Assembly (NCBI GenBank): GCA_031367425.1 | Contig: JANLPU010000047.1 | Coordinates: 60,932-124,931 of the forward strand | Source of the DNA: Hyphomicrobium sp. | GTDB taxonomy: Bacteria > Pseudomonadota > Alphaproteobacteria > Rhizobiales > Hyphomicrobiaceae | DNA: 64,000 nt | Direction of reading: 5' to 3' | Shown here: piece after piece, positions 58,265-64,000 of the stretch | Position numbering within the stretch: the first letter of the stretch is position 1 | Layout of the letters: each line of letters opens with the position of its first letter | Notes under the pieces: generated by a model | What the model saw: only the letters and a program-made list of their open reading frames with translations | What the model was told of the DNA's origin: nothing | Databases searched by the model: none | Program-made: the position numbers and the translations under genes

Positions 58265-58576
58265 CTACTCCTTGCACAAGGTCGCTTGGCCGTGGCACTG
58301 CCAGCCGATCGCGTCGCCCTTTGCGCACTTATAGGTCCGTCGCCCGAACGTGTAGCCGGGCGTCGCGCCGCTCGCGACCCAGGTCCAATAAATGTTCCAG
58401 TCGGTCGCCTGCAGCAACGCCGCATCTACCTGGAAATGCGCCAGTCCCTCGGTCAGCGCGTTGCCGACCGCAGCCTTCTTAAAACACGACTTGGCATCAG
58501 CGGGTGCTGATGTGACGAGAGCTGCGGCGGCGAGCAATGCGATCGTGGCAACGACAGTGCGAGCAAACGTAGTCAT
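58265..58576 (-). CDS. Small secreted protein with 4 Cys, unknown function
   Basis: It has the signal peptide MTTFARTVVATIALLAAAALVTSAPADA. Confidence 0.55.
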   Translation of the reverse strand: MTTFARTVVATIALLAAAALVTSAPADAKSCFKKAAVGNALTEGLAHFQVDAALLQATDWNIYWTWVASGATPGYTFGRRTYKCAKGDAIGWQCHGQATLCKE

Positions 58577-58626
58577 GAGGGGCCCCCGTCCTAATCGAAT
58601 CTAGGCCGGCCGAGCATCTCACACTC

Positions 58627-59514
58627 TCACCGACGCGTCGCCCCGAAAGCGATAAACTCCGTGACGTCATCAAGCACCGCAGCGTTCCGGCGAAACGGCC
58701 GGGACAGCGCCAGCAGAATGCCGACGTGGCCGAGGCCCGGATAATATTTCGTCGTCACCGGCACACCGGCGCGGCCTAACTTTTCAGCCAGAGCTTTCGT
58801 GTTGCGCGGCCGCACCGTCGTATCGTCGGCACCGGACGCTAAAAACATGCGGGGCGCGGCGGCTGTGACGAAGTTGCACGGCTGGGTGAGGTTGAGATCG
58901 TGGGCTTGGCCGAAAGCGGCTTTGGTGGAATCCACATCCAGAGGGAGAAAATCATAAGGACCAGAGAGTGCGGCGACGCCCTTGATGATTGCGGGACTGG
59001 CGCCGACAGCTTTGAGATATTGGCCATCGAGCGCGACCATCGCGGCGATATAAGCGCCGGCCGAATGCCCAAACAGGAATAAGCGAGCCGGATCGCCGCC
59101 GAAGGTTTGCGCGTTCTTATGCGCCCACACAACGGCAAGCGCGGCGTCTTCGAGAAAAACGGGAAAGCGGATCTCCGGCACGAGGCGATAATCCGCGACG
59201 ACCGCGACGAAGCCGCGCGACGCCAGCGCCCGCCCGAGAAAAGCATAATCTTGCCGACGGCCGCTGTTCCATGATCCGCCGTAGAAAACGACGACGACAG
59301 GGTGCGGTCCAGACTTTCCTTCGGGCTTGTAGACGTCGAGTGTCTGGCGCGGCAACGGACCATAAGCTACGCCCGATTGCGCGAGCTCGGCGCCACCGTC
59401 GGCAGGTGCAATCGCGTTGAAGGCCGTCAGCGGTGAGCAGGCGCTAACAATGAGACCCGCCAGAATTATCGTGAGCGCGACAAGCATCGGCGGGGCCTTA
59501 GAGGAGTGCCACAT
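58627..59514 (-). CDS. Alpha/beta hydrolase fold-3 esterase/lipase, probably a lipoprotein
   Basis: VVVFYGGSW (oxyanion region) and nucleophile elbow GHSAGA. The N-terminus LIVSAC is lipobox-like. The start is uncertain (59535, 59514 or 59487). Confidence 0.8.
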   Translation of the reverse strand: MWHSSKAPPMLVALTIILAGLIVSACSPLTAFNAIAPADGGAELAQSGVAYGPLPRQTLDVYKPEGKSGPHPVVVVFYGGSWNSGRRQDYAFLGRALASRGFVAVVADYRLVPEIRFPVFLEDAALAVVWAHKNAQTFGGDPARLFLFGHSAGAYIAAMVALDGQYLKAVGASPAIIKGVAALSGPYDFLPLDVDSTKAAFGQAHDLNLTQPCNFVTAAAPRMFLASGADDTTVRPRNTKALAEKLGRAGVPVTTKYYPGLGHVGILLALSRPFRRNAAVLDDVTEFIAFGATRR

Positions 59515-59980
59515 CGGCACCTCGCGCGGGCCCATCAGCGCGCTGCGGCCATTTGGGCCGCACGATAAACCATGTCAACACAATCGCCAACGCTGCCATT
59601 ATGTGCAGCATCACAAACACCCACGGCGGTGCGTCGAAAAACAGCAATGGCCGCAGCCAGTGCTCGATGAAAGTTCCCGAATATGCCGTCTCGCCAGCGT
59701 TGACCCGCAGCATGTGCTCAAGGCTGGTGAGCGGACACGTCAGCCCGAGCGCTGTTTCGGCGGCGATAAAAATCATGCAGCCGAGATGGATGGCGCGAAA
59801 AAGAAAGTTGCGAACCCAGCGAGCACCGAGCAATGCGCCGAGCACGATCATGATCTCGCCAACGACGACGAAGCCCGCGAGGCTAAAATGGACGCCAAGC
59901 ACAACGTCGGCAAGCCAACCTGAGTTCAGCGACAACAATTGGCTCAAACGATTTTTCCCCTCATCTGTCGTCGCCCTCAT
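59498..59980 (-). CDS. DUF2784 family membrane protein
   Basis: LADVVLGVHFSLAGFVVVG...WVRNFLFRAIHLG...GLTCPLTSLEHMLR matches the DUF2784 pattern (CPLT..E..LR). Confidence 0.7.
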   Translation of the reverse strand: MRATTDEGKNRLSQLLSLNSGWLADVVLGVHFSLAGFVVVGEIMIVLGALLGARWVRNFLFRAIHLGCMIFIAAETALGLTCPLTSLEHMLRVNAGETAYSGTFIEHWLRPLLFFDAPPWVFVMLHIMAALAIVLTWFIVRPKWPQRADGPARGADVALL

Positions 59981-60014
59981 GAGCGTCTGATACGCGCATG
60001 AGGCAGCAATAGTT

Positions 60015-60419
60015 TCAATTCACGGCGCGCATCGCGGATCGCCCAAGAGCTGCGGCCACCCGGCGCTGCCACATATATATCACCGGCACGACGCCTAGCT
60101 CCATCACCAGCGCGCCTGACATCATGGGCGCGGGAAACCCATCGGCGAAAACGCCGTAGAGACGGCACAGACCTCCCACGACCACGATCACACTAAGCAA
60201 CGCAGCGGACCGGCCTTGGTTCTCAATGTCGGGGATGAGCGATAAAAACGCCAAGCCTAGCCCAAGCAGCAGACCCGAGAGATAGCGAAAGTGGCTATCG
60301 AGCATGACATCGCCGCCATGGCCCATCATTCCTGCGCCAGCGATGATGCCCCATAGTCCGCCGCTGATCGGAACGATGCACGCCAGCGCGATGGCTGCCT
60401 GCAACAAGCGTTTTTCCAT
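60015..60419 (-). CDS. DUF4345 family membrane protein
   Basis: LDSHFRYLSGLLLGLGLAFLSLIPDIE matches the DUF4345 pattern. AGGAGAG lies upstream of the ATG. Confidence 0.65.
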   Translation of the reverse strand: MEKRLLQAAIALACIVPISGGLWGIIAGAGMMGHGGDVMLDSHFRYLSGLLLGLGLAFLSLIPDIENQGRSAALLSVIVVVGGLCRLYGVFADGFPAPMMSGALVMELGVVPVIYMWQRRVAAALGRSAMRAVN

Positions 60420-60831
60420 TGCACTCTCCTGGTGGGGTGCCTGATGGCGGGTTGCGCGTCGTTTTGAGCGCGTCGGCGCTGGCTACTCCGCTGGCGATTT
60501 TGGCGGCAACGACAGCGGCGTAATTTGCTTTCGACTGAATGATGGCGAGCGTCGATTCAAACATCGAGAGGCCGAGCAGCGCCTTGACCCAAGCCCAGCG
60601 TTTTTCTTGGAACGGTCTGTGGACCGCCATCGACAGCAACCCCGTGATGAGGGCAATTCCCAGCGAGGGCAGCAACAAATAGTTGCACAGCACGCCGATG
60701 GTTTGGCGCATGTCGGCGAATTTTGCGGGGCTGTCGTGCGGCGCGTAGACCAGCACGAGCATGTAGCCGAGCAGCGCGCCGATCAGTCCGCACGACGCCA
60801 GTGTATGGAAAAATTTCAGCGCTTTTCGCAT
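60295..60831 (-). CDS. Membrane protein (about 4 TM), unknown function. The C-terminal ~41 codons overlap the next gene out of frame
   Basis: MRKALKFFHTLASCGLIGALLGYMLVL... is read from the ATG at 60831, with GGAGAA upstream. The tail (RAGVHRSDQRRTMGHHRWRR...) looks non-native. Confidence 0.5.
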   Translation of the reverse strand: MRKALKFFHTLASCGLIGALLGYMLVLVYAPHDSPAKFADMRQTIGVLCNYLLLPSLGIALITGLLSMAVHRPFQEKRWAWVKALLGLSMFESTLAIIQSKANYAAVVAAKIASGVASADALKTTRNPPSGTPPGECNGKTLVAGSHRAGVHRSDQRRTMGHHRWRRNDGPWRRCHAR

Positions 60832-61053
60832 GTTCTCCGGAGGCAGACTTGGGATCAGGTTTGAGAGCGATCGTATAGGCTCCACCCATCGAGGACAATC
60901 GGCACCGTCAGCGATCGTCGCTTGGCCGCGCGCGCATTGCTTCTCGACCGCTTCGAAATGCCGCCGCTCTTATCATTTCTTGCAGTCACGAGAAACTAAT
61001 GCCCGCTTGTGACCCGTAGCGGTCGGAAAATTCGGCCCAAACAAGACACGACT

Positions 61054-61087
61054 TGTAGGTCGGGTAGAGCCCTTCGCGAGACCCGAC
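61054..61087. repeat. REP hairpin copy A (TGTAGGTCGGGTAGAGCCCTTCGCGAGACCCGAC)
   Basis: It has the internal stem GTCGGGT...ACCCGAC and is a near-identical inverted copy of 61254..61288. Confidence 0.8.
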
Positions 61088-61237
61088 AATCCATGCTCGG
61101 GCCCTCGGCCAAACTTTGGCGATCGCGTCAGACAGCAAGTGCACTGTTTGAGGATCGCTGAATAACGGTTGTCGTTCGTGGGTCACGACAGTGAAAAAAT
61201 AGCACGCGCCTTCTACCGACACTCTCCGATATCGCAC
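61088..61237 (-). pseudogene. Truncated REP-associated tyrosine transposase (RAYT / IS200-Y1 family), N-terminal ~50 codons only
   Basis: MRYRRVSVEGACYFFTVVTHERQPLFSDPQTVHLLSDAIAKV... matches the RAYT N-terminus (YRR...GG.YFFTv.t..R.plf). The ORF breaks off before the HUH (LPDHLH) motif, at the point where a REP copy begins. Confidence 0.6.
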
Positions 61238-61253
61238 GGCCTGGCCTCACAAT

Positions 61254-61288
61254 GTCGGGTCTCGCGCAGGGCTCTACCCGACCTACAG
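61254..61288. repeat. REP hairpin copy B (inverted orientation)
   Basis: GTCGGGTCTCGCGCAGGGCTCTACCCGACCTACAG. Its reverse complement differs from copy A at 1-2 positions. Confidence 0.8.
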
Positions 61289-61580
61289 TTACTTCGTACC
61301 TCGGTTAAAGAGGCAGCAGTTGGTTATAGCGCACATTGTGTCGGTTCTGGCCCAAAGCGGTCGCACCATGAACTCAACGCGATAAAACGTATGCGAAGGT
61401 ATCGTCAAACCTCAGCTTAGGCCTGCCTTGCCTCTATGGATGTAAAAGACTGAGAAAGTCCACGCCGCCCAAGGCCCACCTTCAAAAATATAGACGATTG
61501 CCGTGCCCGATCTAACGCTTTTCGCGCTAAGCTCGCCCGACGTCGCCTCGCAACGCCACCTCTCACGGGAGCCCCACGCC

Positions 61581-62219
61581 ATGAAACTTTACAATTGGCA
61601 ATTCGCGCCCAACTGTCGGCGCGTGCGTATGTTCGTGCTCGAAAAAGGTCTCGATCTGCCCGCGATCTCGGAAGTCATCGAAGAGGGCATGAAGCTGCAG
61701 CCGGCTTACCTCGAGAGCTGGCCGCACGCGCTCGTGCCGATGCTCGAACTCGACGACGGCACGCGCATCGGCGAAAGCGTCGCGATCTGCCGGTATCTCG
61801 AACACGAACATCCCAATCCGCCGCTGATGGGCACGACGGCGTTGGAAAAGGCCGCGATCGAATCCTGGGAGCGGCGCGCTTACGACGAGTGCATGATCGG
61901 CACCGCAGAAGTCGTGCGCAACTCGATGCCGGAATTTCATGATCGCGGCATCCCCGGCAGCTTGGAGCCCGTGCCGCAGATCCCGGCGTTGATCGAGCGC
62001 GGCAAGGGTCGCATCCAGCGCTATTACAAAAAGTTCGACGCCCAGCTGCGTGACAACCGCTACATCGCCGGCGATACATTCTCGATGGCCGACATCACGA
62101 CGCTGTGCGCGACCGACTTTGCCAAATTTGCGGGCCTCGACATTCCCTCGGATTGCCCCAACATGGCGCGCTGGTACAGCGAAGTCTCGAGCCGCCCAAG
62201 CGCCGCCGCCAGCGTTTGA
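61581..62219 (+). CDS. Glutathione S-transferase
   Basis: MKLYNWQFAPNCRRVRMFVLEKGL has a thioredoxin-like N-domain, and there is a C-terminal GST domain (SMADITT). The ATG at 61581 is used. Confidence 0.85.
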   Translation: MKLYNWQFAPNCRRVRMFVLEKGLDLPAISEVIEEGMKLQPAYLESWPHALVPMLELDDGTRIGESVAICRYLEHEHPNPPLMGTTALEKAAIESWERRAYDECMIGTAEVVRNSMPEFHDRGIPGSLEPVPQIPALIERGKGRIQRYYKKFDAQLRDNRYIAGDTFSMADITTLCATDFAKFAGLDIPSDCPNMARWYSEVSSRPSAAASV

Positions 62220-62273
62220 CATTTCCCCTTCCCGCCGTCCTCTTCCCGCGCCCTAAACTGAAAGCAAAAACGC

Positions 62274-62933
62274 ATGATCGATCTTTATACCTCAGCGACG
62301 CCCAACGGCTGGAAGGCCTCGATCATGCTCGAGGAGCTGGCCCTGCCCTACACGCTGCACGCGCTGAAACTGGGCGAGGGCGATCAGAAGCAACCTGACT
62401 ATCTCAAGCTCAATCCGAACGGCAGAATTCCAACCATCGTCGATCGCGCCGAGGGCAACTTCACGGTGTTTGAATCCGGCGCGATCATGATTTATCTCGC
62501 CGAGAAAACCGGCAAGCTTTTACCGAGCGCCATGAAGCCCCGCAGCGAAGTTCTGCAGTGGCTCATGTTGCAGATGGGCGGCACCGGCCCGATGCAGGGC
62601 CAGGCGCATGTTTTCTTCCGCTATTTTCCCGAAAAGATCCCGGCCGTCATCGCGCGCTATCAAAATGAAACGAAGCGCCTGTATACGGTGCTCGATACCC
62701 GGCTCAAGGATCACGAATACCTGGTCGATGACTATTCGATTGCCGATATCGCGCATTGGACGTGGGTGCGCATCCATTATTGGGCGGGCGTCGAGATCGA
62801 TGATCTGCCGCACCTCAAGCGATGGGTGGACCTACTTGAGGCGCGCCCGGCCTGTCAGCGCGGCGTGCTGATCCCGGAACGATTTGCTCCGGAGGAAACT
62901 ATAAAAAACGCCCAAAACATGCTGACGAAGTAA
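62274..62933 (+). CDS. Glutathione S-transferase, Nu-class (YfcG/YghU-like)
   Basis: [26 protein letters not shown]...[12 protein letters not shown]...[13 protein letters not shown]. Confidence 0.88.
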   Translation: MIDLYTSATPNGWKASIMLEELALPYTLHALKLGEGDQKQPDYLKLNPNGRIPTIVDRAEGNFTVFESGAIMIYLAEKTGKLLPSAMKPRSEVLQWLMLQMGGTGPMQGQAHVFFRYFPEKIPAVIARYQNETKRLYTVLDTRLKDHEYLVDDYSIADIAHWTWVRIHYWAGVEIDDLPHLKRWVDLLEARPACQRGVLIPERFAPEETIKNAQNMLTK

Positions 62934-63029
62934 GCTCGTCCCGGGAACGCAGCGCCCGCCCGATACCTTTGGCGCATAGGTCATCATCAACACGCCGCTT
63001 GTAAGTTGTGGGGCATGCCGTCACATTAG

Positions 63030-63140
63030 AGCCAACCGAGGGGTGCCGGTGGACCGGCTGAGATTGGGCCGTCTTGTAAAGACAAAGCTCAAACACCCTT
63101 AGAACCTGATCCGGGTCATGCCGGCGCGAGGGACGGACAT
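63030..63140 (+). promoter_or_regulatory. TPP (THI-box) riboswitch aptamer upstream of thiC
   Basis: GGGGTGCCGgtggaccGGCTGAGA...ACCCTTaGAACCTGATCCGGGTcATGCCGGCGcgAGGGA matches the THI element consensus. Confidence 0.9.
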
Positions 63141-63219
63141 TGTAGCGGGCGCATCCCGCAACCCGTTCTTCGATCCGCATGATCTCAACCATTTTGCGTC
63201 GGTGTAAAGCCGGACGCGT

Positions 63220-63345
63220 CCCCTCTCCCCGTACTTTAAGGGGGAGAGGGTTAGGGTGAGGGGCGGCGGCTCGTTGTGAACTTGTTACCGCCCCTCACCC
63301 CGGCCCTCTCCCCACGACAAGTGCAGGGTCGTGGGGGAGAGGGAG
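63220..63345. repeat. Mosaic palindromic repeat element, copy 3 (full), between the TPP aptamer and the thiC start
   Basis: CCCCTCTCCCC-loop-GGGGGAGAGGGTTAGGGTGAGGGG-27nt-CCCCTCACCCCGGCCCTCTCCCC-loop-GGGGGAGAGGGA. Confidence 0.85.
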
Positions 63346-63351
63346 ACTGCC

Positions 63352-64000
63352 ATGAACAAAATCACGCGCGCCGCCGACCTGATGGTTCCCAAAGTTACCA
63401 CAGGGCCGATCTCTGGATCGTCGAAGGTCTACACCTCGCCGGGCGACGCCGACGTGCAGGTGCCGTTCCGGCAAATCGCTCTGACCGATCCGAACGAAAC
63501 GAGCTTCAGGGTTTATGACGCCTCTGGTCCCTACACCGCGACCGACGCCGCGATCGATGTTGAAAAGGGTTTGCCACGCATTCGCGAAACCTGGATCAAG
63601 GCGCGCGGCGGTGTCGAGACGTATCAGGGCCGCGATATTCGCCCCGAAGACAACGGCAACGTGTCTGGCACGCACGCGGCGCGCGATTTCCCCAACAAGC
63701 CGCAGCCGATGCGTGGCGTTTCGCCTCTCCCCTCGGGGACAACTACCCCCTCACCCCGACCCTCTCCCCAGGGGGAGAGGGGGCATCTCCTGACCCAGTT
63801 CGAATTTGCCCGCGCCGGGATCATCACCAAGGAAATGATCTACGTCGCGCATCGCGAAAACCTCGGGCGCACAGCCGCGCTTGAGCGCGCCAAAGCAGCA
63901 CTTGCCGACGGCGAAAGTTTTGGCGCGGCCTTGCCAGAACACATCACGCCGGAATTCGTGCGATCCGAAATCGCTCTTGGTCGCGCGATTATTCCCTCCA
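63352..64000 (+). CDS. thiC: Phosphomethylpyrimidine synthase ThiC, 3' end outside the window
   Basis: Hand translation, not in the track because no stop occurs before the window end: [27 protein letters not shown]...[10 protein letters not shown]...[10 protein letters not shown]...RPEDNG...[19 protein letters not shown]. It lies downstream of the TPP riboswitch. Confidence 0.9.
   Translation, partial: MNKITRAADLMVPKVTTGPISGSSKVYTSPGDADVQVPFRQIALTDPNETSFRVYDASGPYTATDAAIDVEKGLPRIRETWIKARGGVETYQGRDIRPEDNGNVSGTHAARDFPNKPQPMRGVSPLPSGTTTPSPRPSPQGERGHLLTQFEFARAGIITKEMIYVAHRENLGRTAALERAKAALADGESFGAALPEHITPEFVRSEIALGRAIIPS
63719..63786. repeat. Mosaic repeat half-element, copy 4, located in frame inside thiC
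   Basis: GCCTCTCCCCTCGGGGACAACTACCCCCTCACCCCGACCCTCTCCCCAGGGGGAGAGGGGGC is translated as [21 protein letters not shown]. Confidence 0.8.

Noticed and set aside
23234-63786. The recurring GGGGAGAGGG/GGGTGAGGGG repeats, considered as a possible CRISPR array
   Set aside because: The copies are tens of kb apart, internally palindromic, of variable structure, and lack regular repeat-spacer periodicity. No cas genes are present.
1-64000. Search by eye for tRNA, rRNA, tmRNA, integrase or transposase genes and prophage modules
   Set aside because: No cloverleaf-like sequences were found in the intergenic gaps. No intact recombinase or transposase ORF was found either; only the truncated RAYT remnant was found. 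A tRNAscan/Infernal run would be needed to be definitive.

Overview
High-GC (roughly 60-65% by eye) chromosomal segment. Gene content, gene order, an Irr-type ICE motif and GGGGAGAGGG-type mosaic repeats point to an alphaproteobacterium, probably Hyphomicrobiales/Rhizobiales; this assignment is inference. Most of the window is densely packed housekeeping DNA. It holds a split gatC-gatA...gatB cluster, ruvX, pyrB with a pyrC-like gene, a DEAD-box helicase and a catalase. It also holds a complete suf Fe-S operon (Rrf2/cysteine-desulfurase ORF, sufBCDS, sufT-like, sufA, DUF924), anmK, tyrS and a 1320-aa AsmA/DUF3971-like protein. Further along are bactofilin, an SbcCD-like nuclease/ATPase pair, a DUF1285/MoxR/DUF58/DUF4159/membrane/TPR cluster, two GSTs, and a TPP riboswitch with the 5' part of thiC. 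I found no rRNA, tRNA, CRISPR array, integrase, intact transposase or recognisable defence island, and no convincing brand-new multigene system. The points worth a second look are small-scale. (1) A low-GC lipoprotein gene and a diverged second copy of the sufB 3' end sit between sufB and sufC. (2) A single ORF fuses an Rrf2 regulator to a NifS/IscS-like cysteine desulfurase and carries a 3x24-bp tandem repeat. (3) bcp is interrupted by one in-frame TAA. (4) A ~125-bp nested-palindrome mosaic repeat family has four copies: one inside the suf operon, one between the TPP aptamer and the thiC start where it supplies the apparent SD, and a half-copy in frame inside thiC. (5) There is a decayed REP/RAYT locus. 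(6) A low-GC orphan gene lies at 57.4-58.1 kb. Many start codons are inferred and uncertain, because the ORF track uses GTG/TTG starts and often over-extends N-termini.
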